From Flavobacteriales bacterium (GTDB lineage Bacteria; Bacteroidota; Bacteroidia; Palsa-965), in the NCBI GenBank assembly GCA_040377305.1, contig JBEIPA010000007.1, forward strand, positions 32,001 to 96,000: a stretch of DNA of 64,000 nt. The letters are read 5' to 3'. The position numbers and the translations under genes are program-made. The notes beneath the pieces are model-generated. The model was not told where the DNA came from, ran no database searches, and saw only the letters and a list, made by a program, of their open reading frames with translations. This document shows, one piece after another, positions 28,981 through 37,615 of this stretch; position 1 is the first letter of the stretch, and the number at the start of each line of letters is the position of its first letter.

Positions 28981-29619
28981 ATGAAAAAGTTCTTCTTTGT
29001 TCTCTTTTCAGCGATGACAATGGGTGCATTTGCACAACCGGTTGCAAACTGTTCGATGATGTGTGTGCTCAACATCACGTTGGATACTGCAAATAATGAA
29101 ATGGAAGTCACGCTCTTCAGTGGCGATACGAATCACATCAACTATCCAACCATTCAGGTGATTGATATGAATGGAGACACGGTTGGAAATCCTGCAGGCA
29201 CATTTTATTTCTTCGCACAGTTGCAGGGCACAATGACACATGAGATTCCAACTACACTTACCACACTTCCTCAGCCATTCAACTGTACGGTTCTTGTAAC
29301 GGATCAGGTGTGGGATACAACCTGCTACTTCACATATCCGATGAGTTGCCCAATGAACATCATCAACCCGGATGAGCGCAACGCTTTTGAAGTGTATCCG
29401 AATCCAGCAACGGATGTGTTGACGATCATGTTGCCGGGAAATTATTCAGGTAAAGCAAAAGTCGGCATCTCCAATATGCTTGGCGAAGTGTTCACAGGAT
29501 CCATGGTTGCACACAACGGCAAAATTGATCTCGACGTTAACGATCTGGCCAGCGGAGTTTACTTCGTAAGCGTTATGGTTGACGATAAGCAGTATATGCA
29601 GCGGTTTATCCGGAAGTAG
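28981..29619 (+). CDS. Small secreted protein with T9SS type A CTD
   Basis: Signal peptide; VYPNPA...LASGVYFV...RFIRK. Confidence 0.88.
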   Translation: MKKFFFVLFSAMTMGAFAQPVANCSMMCVLNITLDTANNEMEVTLFSGDTNHINYPTIQVIDMNGDTVGNPAGTFYFFAQLQGTMTHEIPTTLTTLPQPFNCTVLVTDQVWDTTCYFTYPMSCPMNIINPDERNAFEVYPNPATDVLTIMLPGNYSGKAKVGISNMLGEVFTGSMVAHNGKIDLDVNDLASGVYFVSVMVDDKQYMQRFIRK

Positions 29620-29679
29620 CACGGCCCACCCTCAGGATATAGTGCAGATTTGTTACTTGTTAGCAGCTAACACCTACAG

Positions 29680-29713
29680 CATTTGCACATCTGCACATTT
29701 ACACATTTGCAAA
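29680..29713. repeat. 8-bp period array (CATTTGCA-like x4)
   Basis: catttgca catctgca catttaca catttgca, just downstream of the deacetylase stop. Confidence 0.65.
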
Positions 29714-29726
29714 TAAGGCAGAAGTT

Positions 29727-30338
29727 CTAGAGTGTTCCAAAGCTAAACCCACGCACCTTCATCTCTTCAATATAACGAGGCAACGCATACAGCATGCGCT
29801 CCTTCGCTTTTTCGCTGTCGTGGAAAACAACAATTGATCCGGCGCGTGAATACATCAACGCCAGCTCGAGGCAATGTTCCTTCGCGTATGTTTTATCGAA
29901 ATCATACGTGAGCACATCCCACATAATGACTTTGCAACGGCGGGAAAGTGTGGAGAACTGCGAACGACGCATGTGTCCGTAAGGTGGACGAAATAATGTG
30001 GTCTGGAACAACGCACTGCATTCTTTCACATCGCGCATGTAATCGAACCAGGGAAGTTTCCATCCGTCAACGTGATGCATGGTGTGATTGCCAACAGAAT
30101 GTCCGTCGGAAATAATCTGCTGAAAAATTTCCGGATGCTTCTGTACGTTTTCTCCTACGCAGAAGAACGTTGCTTTCACATCGTACTTCTTTAAAACAGA
30201 CAGTGCCTCGGTAGTGATACCGGGCACTGGTCCATCATCAAACGTGATGTAAATTTTCTTTTCTTTCTTAGACATTCTCCACGTCGCTCCCGGATAAACC
30301 TGGCGAAACAGTTGTGGAGGACGAACCATGAGAGGCAT
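29727..30338 (-). CDS. Polysaccharide deacetylase (CE4/NodB)
   Basis: TFDDGP, ATFF, GNHTMHH, FRPPYG, VFHD. Confidence 0.95.
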   Translation of the reverse strand: MPLMVRPPQLFRQVYPGATWRMSKKEKKIYITFDDGPVPGITTEALSVLKKYDVKATFFCVGENVQKHPEIFQQIISDGHSVGNHTMHHVDGWKLPWFDYMRDVKECSALFQTTLFRPPYGHMRRSQFSTLSRRCKVIMWDVLTYDFDKTYAKEHCLELALMYSRAGSIVVFHDSEKAKERMLYALPRYIEEMKVRGFSFGTL

Positions 30339-30340
30339 AA

Positions 30341-33300
30341 CTACTGGTCCGGTTTTTTATTCGGATTCGTAGAGTCACTCATGTTCTGCATGGCCTCCAT
30401 GAGCGAATCCATATTGATTCCACCTGTTGGCATTTGCGGTTGTCCCATTGGTGCAGGCGGTGGTGGAATCGGAAGACCCATTGCCTGGTAACGTGTTTCG
30501 TACTTCGCACGCATTTCCGTTTGACCGTATTGTGCGGAGAAATTCGTCAACATGTCGAGTGCGGAATTCAATCGTCCGATATCACCTTCATACGATTTGC
30601 TGTCGCGCGATTTCTGTGCAACACCTGAGAAGAACAGATATTCTTCCGCACACACATCGAACAAAGCATCCGAAAGTTTTTTGGCTTTATCCGTTGCACC
30701 GGCTTTGTAGTAATTCTCTACGGCGTAAACCATCGCAGGTTCGAGTGGAATAATGCTTTGCGGCATTACTGTCTGCATGTAATCAAGTACTTCAATCGCC
30801 TTGTCAGATTTTCCTTCGTCATTCAACATTTTCGCGAGCGACATCATCTGTAAACGCTGGTTCGTTGTGAAGCGAAGGTTGTTTTCATCCATGTAGATTT
30901 GCGCACCCGGAACTTCGAGACCGCCCCACTTGAATTTCTTCATAATGTTCTCGTACATGATGTCGGTGTTACAACCAACAACTTCGTTGAACAGTCCGCG
31001 CTTGTCGCCTTTGATTGGCACAAGACGATATGCAAGTCCTTCAAGACGGAACCAATCATCTAAGTTCAAATAGCTGTCGCCACCTGCAGTTACCGCGAAG
31101 TAAACAGGACGCTCCCAGTCAAATGTTGCAAGAAGATCGAGGATCATCAGATCGGCTTTCAACAAGTATGATTTGTTGATTGTCCAGCTGAGTGTATCGG
31201 CGATGAGGCTATCAGGTGTACCCGGAAGCACAGCGCCGTTTCTGCGGCATGCTTCTTTGTTCACTGTGATGTACACTTTGTTTGTAGGCAACATGTACAT
31301 AGTATCTGTATACGGCTCATCGTTGTCGTCTTTGCGGTAACGAAGCTGTGTTACGCTCTTGTCGCCTTTGATGATAAGATCAATCAACTGACGGGCGCTC
31401 ATTGGTTTCGCAGTAGCCATTTTCTGACGATCGAAGAATACCTGATCGCAAGAACCTGAACGGTATTTCGCGCGCGGCAATGAGAACGGAACAGCATCTG
31501 AATCGTATGCTTTACGTGAAGCCTGATCGATGTACCAATCTGTATTGAGGAGACTCAGGTTGAGTACGCGCATGTCTGTGCGGTAGCCTTCCACTTCCTG
31601 TTCGTACCACAGCGGGAACGTATCGTTATCTCCGTTGGTAAACAGCACGGCGTTTGGTGCGCAAGTGGCCAGGTAGTTTCCTGCAAAGTCTCTCGCCGTG
31701 TATCGGTTTGAACGATTGTGATCATCCCAACCTTCACTCGCCATCAGAATAGGAACGCCAATACAAACTACCAACGCTGCAAATCCAGGAGCCATTGCTG
31801 AACCGCCGGTTGATGGTTCAAGCGGATTACGACTACCACGCATCGCAAAGCGAATCACGTGTGCAATTGCAAACACACCAAGTCCAATCCAGATCGCATA
31901 CGCATAGAATGAGCCGGTGTATGCATAGTCACGCTCTCGTGGTTGCAACGGATACTGGTTCAGATAAACTACAATTGCTAATCCGGTGAAGAGGAACATG
32001 AGCATTACAACCAACGCATTTCTCCAATCGCGGTAGAAGTGGAAGAACATACCTATTACGCCCAACAGGAAAGGAAGCATGTAGAAATTATTGTTTGCAG
32101 CATGATCCCGCAAACGTGGTGGAGCTTTGTCCAGATCAACTCCGTACGCATCACCAATACCGCTCTGCCAGTTTCCGTCGGTTGCATTTCCGTGTCCTTG
32201 AATGTCATTTTGTTTGCCACCAAAGTTCCACATGAAATAACGCCAATACATATGCTGTACCTGATAGTTCCAGAAATACGTAAGGTTCGCGCCCATTGTA
32301 GGACGCTTATACGTTTTCGTTTCGCCGGTTTGCGGATCCAGGAGTTGGATCTTCGTGTGGTTCTTTTCAATTTTTCCCCACGCTTCGTATGGTGCAACGT
32401 GACTGCTTTGATTCATCTCCCACATACGCGGGAACACAGTCGACATTTCTTTCGCGAATTTGTAATTGCTCTGCTTGCGTGCATCAACGATTACGTATTC
32501 ACCTGAGTTTTCATCCAACTCATAAACCGGATTGCCGTCATCAGCATAGTCATCATCAGCACGTAAAGGCGCGTTGAAATATGGACCGTATGCAATTGGC
32601 CAGTCGCCATATTGTTCACGATTCAAATACGAAAGCAATGAAATAGCGTTCTCCGGATTGTTTTCATCCATTGGTGTATTCGCCTGTGAACGAATAACGA
32701 GAATCATGAATGAAGAATAGCCGATGAGCAACACGGTGAACGAAAGAAGAACGGTGTTCAGTACTGCGCGATTTGTTCTCAGCTTGTAACCGAAGTAAGC
32801 TACGAGTGCAATAGTAACGAGTGTCATCAATGGCTTTCCGAATACTGCAGCGCCGATTAATGCGAAGAGGAAGAATGTACCACCTACAATCATGAATCGC
32901 TGGAACAATTGCTGTCCACCACGTGATGTGTACATCAATCCGGTGACAATCATTCCAATGAGTAACACGGCGTAAATAATGGTTCCGAAATTCACAGGAA
33001 GCCCGAACGAATTCACGAACAATAATTCGTAGTTCGCAGCTGCACTTACAATTCCAGGGATAATTCCGTTCTGAACTGCAACGAGCAGACCCAATGCAGC
33101 AATGCCGGCAATAATTAATCCTTTACGTGTTGGAACGTTGCGCTTGAAGTAAACGATCATTACAATCGCCGGAATAGCAAGGAGGTTCAATAAGTGAACG
33201 CCGATAGATAGTCCCATCATGTATGCGATGAATACAATCCACTTGTCGGCTTTACCGGAATCATCTGCATCCCATTTCAGGATTGCCCAGAAAACGAGTG

Positions 33301-33778
33301 CAGTGAAGAAAGAGGACATTGCATAAACTTCGCCTTCAACAGCGGAGAACCAGAATGAATCGGAGAAAGTGTAAGCGAGTGATCCAACAATTGCAGCTGC
33401 AAAAATGGTCCACATGCTTGTTTCTGAAAGGTTACCACCTTCTTCCGGGTAACACGCTTTTGCAAGTTTGCGTCCCAACATGGTGAGCGTCCAGTACATG
33501 AATAGTATGGTAAACGCACTGGCCAATGCCGACATGACGTTTATCATCATAGCCACGTGAGCCGTGTCGCTCGCGAATAAAGTGAAGAAACGACCCAAAA
33601 GGAGGAAGAAAGGTGCCCCAGGAGGGTGTCCGACCTCTAATTTGTAGCTGCAGGCAATATATTCTCCACAGTCCCAAAAACTAGTTGTTGGTTCGATTGT
33701 TGAGCAGTAAGTGAATGCCGCAATTCCGAAGATAATCCAGCCTAAAACGTTGTTAAGCAGTTTGTAGCGTGATGCCAT
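30341..33778 (-). CDS. DUF2723 membrane protein (TMEM260/GT117-like glycosyltransferase)
   Basis: SFWDCGEY, EVGHPPGAP, WFSAVEGEVY, PRERDY, FTNGDNDTFPLWY.QEVEG.R.D. Confidence 0.9.
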   Translation of the reverse strand: MASRYKLLNNVLGWIIFGIAAFTYCSTIEPTTSFWDCGEYIACSYKLEVGHPPGAPFFLLLGRFFTLFASDTAHVAMMINVMSALASAFTILFMYWTLTMLGRKLAKACYPEEGGNLSETSMWTIFAAAIVGSLAYTFSDSFWFSAVEGEVYAMSSFFTALVFWAILKWDADDSGKADKWIVFIAYMMGLSIGVHLLNLLAIPAIVMIVYFKRNVPTRKGLIIAGIAALGLLVAVQNGIIPGIVSAAANYELLFVNSFGLPVNFGTIIYAVLLIGMIVTGLMYTSRGGQQLFQRFMIVGGTFFLFALIGAAVFGKPLMTLVTIALVAYFGYKLRTNRAVLNTVLLSFTVLLIGYSSFMILVIRSQANTPMDENNPENAISLLSYLNREQYGDWPIAYGPYFNAPLRADDDYADDGNPVYELDENSGEYVIVDARKQSNYKFAKEMSTVFPRMWEMNQSSHVAPYEAWGKIEKNHTKIQLLDPQTGETKTYKRPTMGANLTYFWNYQVQHMYWRYFMWNFGGKQNDIQGHGNATDGNWQSGIGDAYGVDLDKAPPRLRDHAANNNFYMLPFLLGVIGMFFHFYRDWRNALVVMLMFLFTGLAIVVYLNQYPLQPRERDYAYTGSFYAYAIWIGLGVFAIAHVIRFAMRGSRNPLEPSTGGSAMAPGFAALVVCIGVPILMASEGWDDHNRSNRYTARDFAGNYLATCAPNAVLFTNGDNDTFPLWYEQEVEGYRTDMRVLNLSLLNTDWYIDQASRKAYDSDAVPFSLPRAKYRSGSCDQVFFDRQKMATAKPMSARQLIDLIIKGDKSVTQLRYRKDDNDEPYTDTMYMLPTNKVYITVNKEACRRNGAVLPGTPDSLIADTLSWTINKSYLLKADLMILDLLATFDWERPVYFAVTAGGDSYLNLDDWFRLEGLAYRLVPIKGDKRGLFNEVVGCNTDIMYENIMKKFKWGGLEVPGAQIYMDENNLRFTTNQRLQMMSLAKMLNDEGKSDKAIEVLDYMQTVMPQSIIPLEPAMVYAVENYYKAGATDKAKKLSDALFDVCAEEYLFFSGVAQKSRDSKSYEGDIGRLNSALDMLTNFSAQYGQTEMRAKYETRYQAMGLPIPPPPAPMGQPQMPTGGINMDSLMEAMQNMSDSTNPNKKPDQ

Positions 33779-33868
33779 GAGGGTCCTAAAATTTCAATGC
33801 GTTTGCCGGCGAAGATAGGGAATCTCGACCTTTAAGAACCGTTAAAAAGGGTTTCTAATGCTCAAAAT

Positions 33869-33899
33869 TTTGTGAAAAATAGGAATTATTCTATTTTTG
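33869..33899 (+). promoter_or_regulatory. Bacteroidota promoter (-33 TTTG, -7 TATTTTTG) for tRNA-Gln
   Basis: TTTG at 33869-33872 and TATTTTTG at 33892-33899, 19-bp spacing. Confidence 0.7.
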
Positions 33900-33920
33900 C
33901 ATCCCCGTTAAAAGGGACAG

Positions 33921-33991
33921 TGCCCGATCGTCTAATGGCAGGACTTCAGATTTTGGTTCTGACTGTGTAGGTTCGAATCCTGCTCGGGCAA
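33921..33991 (+). tRNA. tRNA-Gln (TTG anticodon), CCA not encoded
   Basis: tgcccga/tcgggca acceptor stem, tcaga-ttTTGgt-tctga anticodon arm, GGTTCGAATCC T arm. Confidence 0.96.
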
Positions 33992-34174
33992 CATTACAAA
34001 CACTAATCCGCTCCCTATGGGGCGGATTTTTTATTTGCGAGTGGAACACGAGCTCGCTCGATGTTTCGCTTGCAAATAAAAAATCCGAGCGAGCGCTTTT
34101 CGCGCGAGTAGCGGATTAGTGTTTGTGATGTTGTGCCCCTCGTGAGCTTATAGGATCACGCGAGTAATCCTGCT
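33986..34174. repeat. tRNA-linked nested inverted-repeat element with a duplicated T-arm 9-mer
   Basis: 33986-34012 pairs with 34110-34138; inner stem 34023-34087; aatcctgct at 33976 and 34166. Confidence 0.75.
34005..34032 (+). terminator. Intrinsic terminator after the tRNA
   Basis: aatccgc...gcggatt followed by a T run. Confidence 0.65.
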
Positions 34175-34176
34175 GG

Positions 34177-34337
34177 TTATCATTCCTCGGTACAACAATT
34201 ATTTTTTCACAAGCTGCTCCGCAGACGTTTGCGTTTACTCGGACTGACAATTCACGACGGACCTTGTCAGACCGAGTAAGCGAACAGAAACGCGGAGCGA
34301 CTTGCCTAATGATTGCAGCTGTACCGAGGAATGACAA
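34177..34337. repeat. ~160-bp imperfect palindrome (REPIN/MITE-like)
   Basis: tcattcctcggtaca / tgtaccgaggaatga ends; inner stems gctccgc, ttactcgg, ctgacaa each have a partner. Confidence 0.8.
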
Positions 34338-34481
34338 GAAGCTTCATGAGCTTTCCGGATCATGCAAATATATCCTGTTCGTATTTCTTTTACCGCGAGA
34401 TGACCCCACGCGGCAAAAGAAAGAATGTGAATCAAGTTGCGGAGCAATTCCGTGTGTCGATTTGCAGATTGCAAGTATGCG

Positions 34482-36224
34482 CTACTGCTTCACAAACTGA
34501 AATACAGATCGAAATCCGTTTTCATCAATGAGTTCGCCAACATAAACTCCCGGAGCAAAATTTGAAACATCAATTTGTGCACTGCTGTTTTGAATCAGAG
34601 TACTGTAGACAATTTCGCCGAGCATTGAATGCACGGTTAGTTTTTCGCCGGCATGATCGCCCGTAATGTTTAATACTGTGCTCACCGGATTTGGATAAAT
34701 ATTAATCTGTCCAGAATCTGGATCATCAATTCCGGTCGCATGTGTTACATAGCGAACCAGAAACATGTTGTCGTTGCCTGACACTGGCAGCGTATGCGTT
34801 GCTGAAGACGGATCGAAGTCCAACGTGATATCGTAATAGCCTGACAAATACAGCTCTCCGGTGCTAGTTGCGTCAAGATGTGTTGCAAACGAATTTCCGT
34901 TGCCACTATTGGTGATTTCAATCCAACTATGAAAAATTCCGGCTGATGTGTATCGTGACACGTACATGCCAAGGGTAAATGCCGGACTTACAACTGCCGG
35001 TCCCGGATCTAAATCAGGCGTTGCAGTTTGGGTGATTGTGATGCGACCACATAGATAAACATCACCAAAGTTGTCAGCGACCAGACTTCCGACCGTTGTG
35101 TTTTCAACCTGGAAACTCCAGAGGTAGGCCCCAGTATTGGCCACATACTTAACGAGACACGTAGCACCATCACTGCTACCAGAGTAGTAAGGTACAACTG
35201 GTCCTCCGGGGTCCACATCATCAACAGGTCCTCCGAAGTTGAATGCAAAATACACACTACCTGAGTTGTCGCTTGATACCCGGCGTCCGATCACGCCTCC
35301 CCCTCCGGTAACCGAATTGACCCAACCAAAATTGCCATTGGGATAGTACCGCGCAACAAAAGCAGTCGTGTTATTAATTGTATTCACATTATACACCGCA
35401 GCTGATGGATCAAAATCAACAGTAGAAGGATTGGTAGCAGGGATACTTCCTGCAATATAAATCGAGCCAATGTTATCCGTGCTGACATCGTAGATTTGCG
35501 GTTGAGCAGAACCAGTTCCCTCTATTGTATTAGCCCGTACAAAATTTCCACCGGTGTTATACCATGCAATAAATCCATAGAAGCCGTAATTACTATTGGT
35601 GCCAGATGACGCGGGACCGGGATCGAAATCAAATGTATTCCCGTTAGGCACATAATAACCAACGACCACGATTTCTCCAGCTGGAGTAACAGTTAATGCA
35701 TGCGCTCGTCCCGCTTGTGGAGCAGCGCCCAACATAAAAGCCCAACGATAATTTCCCAGATTGTCGTAACTGGCGAGATAAATGTAATCCGATGCATTTG
35801 GGAATGATGAAAGCAAAGCAGTTCCCGGACCCGGATCAAAATCTACATTCGTAACGTTGGAGAGAAAGCCTGTGATGTAAATATTTCCTGCAGGATCAGA
35901 TGCAATATCATTCAGGTAAACGCCTGTACCGTTTCCATCGAGTTCAAAAGCCCAAAGGTAATTTCCATGATAGTCATAACTTGCAACGAAGGCACCGTTA
36001 GCACTGTTATTCGTGAGCACCTGGCTGCCGCTTCCCGGGTCAAAATCTCCGGATGCAAAGCCGACCATATGTCCTGCAATCACACTTTGATTGTTCGGCA
36101 GATGTGTGGAGCTCTGTGCATAAATCCAATTTGAAGTATTGGTGGTGCTGATTGCCCAATCGTAAATCTGGGCGTTCATATTTATCGAGCAAGCAAGTAT
36201 TGCACCGGCAAAAATCGTTTTCAT
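34482..36224 (-). CDS. Secreted beta-propeller (SBBP-like, DFDP repeats) protein with T9SS type A CTD
   Basis: Seven D[FVL]DP[GS] repeats, D..GN.Y.TG blades, IYPNPV CTD. Confidence 0.85.
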   Translation of the reverse strand: MKTIFAGAILACSINMNAQIYDWAISTTNTSNWIYAQSSTHLPNNQSVIAGHMVGFASGDFDPGSGSQVLTNNSANGAFVASYDYHGNYLWAFELDGNGTGVYLNDIASDPAGNIYITGFLSNVTNVDFDPGPGTALLSSFPNASDYIYLASYDNLGNYRWAFMLGAAPQAGRAHALTVTPAGEIVVVGYYVPNGNTFDFDPGPASSGTNSNYGFYGFIAWYNTGGNFVRANTIEGTGSAQPQIYDVSTDNIGSIYIAGSIPATNPSTVDFDPSAAVYNVNTINNTTAFVARYYPNGNFGWVNSVTGGGGVIGRRVSSDNSGSVYFAFNFGGPVDDVDPGGPVVPYYSGSSDGATCLVKYVANTGAYLWSFQVENTTVGSLVADNFGDVYLCGRITITQTATPDLDPGPAVVSPAFTLGMYVSRYTSAGIFHSWIEITNSGNGNSFATHLDATSTGELYLSGYYDITLDFDPSSATHTLPVSGNDNMFLVRYVTHATGIDDPDSGQINIYPNPVSTVLNITGDHAGEKLTVHSMLGEIVYSTLIQNSSAQIDVSNFAPGVYVGELIDENGFRSVFQFVKQ

Positions 36225-36289
36225 GGGTCAAGCGAATTGATGAAGCAATTTACAACATCAAGACGATTGACCCATGATTCGGTTGCCTC

Positions 36290-37615
36290 TTATTTCATCT
36301 CCCTCAACATCTTCACACTCATCCAACCTAAAATCAGAACAACCACGATAATCGCTCCCCAGATTGCGGCTTTGTTTTCGAGAATGGAAGTGGATTCAAC
36401 TTGCGCAATTGGTGCAGGTGCATTCGGTTGAGCATGCGGAGAAGTAGGAGGAGAGCCTGGCACAAATAATACTTCACGCGCTCCGGTTCCAATGATGGAA
36501 AGACGACTCACTGCAAGCTGATCGGCTTTGTAACGCACATCGTAACGAGGAAATGCAACACTGTCGTGACCATACTTGATGTAGTAGCTCTTTCCTTTTT
36601 CGAGATACGCGATGAGGTATTGCCGGATCTGAATCGGACGAATTGCATTTACAGTGAGTGGCTGATCATCTTCGTTCTCAATGTGCAGACACAAATGTTT
36701 GACGCGATGTCCGTAAAGAGCAAATTCGTTAAGTGAACCTTGCGATAAGATTGTTGACGACGTATGATTCGTTAGTGAACCATCACACGTGTGGGTTGAA
36801 TCAACTTCATACAAACGCGCACCACGGTGAAATGTTCCCGGAGCAATTGGTGACGACAAATCAAAACGGATGTAATCGATATACTGCAATTGAGCAAACT
36901 GAATATCGACCGCAGTGGTTTTTCCGAATTGCTTTGATGAGTAAGTCACTCCGGGAATTTCCATTTTCTGATTGGGAACGGATGCTGGATTTACATCGAC
37001 TAAACATCCGGCACGAACAATGTAAACGGGCGCTTCGTAGTAATCGTAATCGTCCCACCAATGCGACCACTCATCAAAAACGAATCGGTAGTAGCGGTAG
37101 TTGCTCAACGGAAAATCGAAGCGAACAATGTTTGTTGTCTTTGCTGCTCCTTGCTCGAACGATTCATAGAACGATGATGTGAATTCGTCTTTGATCGCGA
37201 ACCATTTCACGTTGTCGTAACTGCCGGAGAGAATCATATCGCGACTCACTTCGGTGTTGTTGACTTCAAGACAGAGGTGATCCAGATTTTCCGTTTTGTA
37301 CAATGGATTCTCGATAGTAATCCATGAGTTGTTCGGATGATCACGTTTACCGACTACGGGATATTCTACGAATCGCGTCGTTCCCTGAACAATCTGATCG
37401 CGACCTATGATATATGGAATTTCCTTGTCGTCCTGATCGTACAAACGCACATCGGGATAATCGTTGCGCATTTCTCCCGTTACTTCGGGCTGCAAAAGCA
37501 CGCGCACGTAACCGGAAGTATCGTGCACATTCACTGGCGACTTCCAACGGAAGTACTGTGCGTCCGCACTCGCTACGAGCGCGGACACACAGATTACACT
37601 AAGCAGTTTCTTCAT
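36290..37615 (-). CDS. DUF3999-like exported protein with C-terminal TM anchor
   Basis: DVRLYD....EIPY, L.GS.D...W, Y.I.YG.....P.YD, C-terminal TM; overlaps the DUF2339 stop. Confidence 0.7.
   Translation of the reverse strand: MKKLLSVICVSALVASADAQYFRWKSPVNVHDTSGYVRVLLQPEVTGEMRNDYPDVRLYDQDDKEIPYIIGRDQIVQGTTRFVEYPVVGKRDHPNNSWITIENPLYKTENLDHLCLEVNNTEVSRDMILSGSYDNVKWFAIKDEFTSSFYESFEQGAAKTTNIVRFDFPLSNYRYYRFVFDEWSHWWDDYDYYEAPVYIVRAGCLVDVNPASVPNQKMEIPGVTYSSKQFGKTTAVDIQFAQLQYIDYIRFDLSSPIAPGTFHRGARLYEVDSTHTCDGSLTNHTSSTILSQGSLNEFALYGHRVKHLCLHIENEDDQPLTVNAIRPIQIRQYLIAYLEKGKSYYIKYGHDSVAFPRYDVRYKADQLAVSRLSIIGTGAREVLFVPGSPPTSPHAQPNAPAPIAQVESTSILENKAAIWGAIIVVVLILGWMSVKMLREMK

Noticed and set aside
33992-34480. 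Retron ncRNA, prophage attachment, or the short ORFs listed in this interval
   Set aside because: No reverse transcriptase, integrase or phage genes; the ORFs are translations of palindromic DNA with no recognisable motifs
30341-34487. CAG-TAG endings of the DUF2723 and propeller genes as CAGTAG-element sites
   Set aside because: No repeat array follows either stop, so these are probably coincidental
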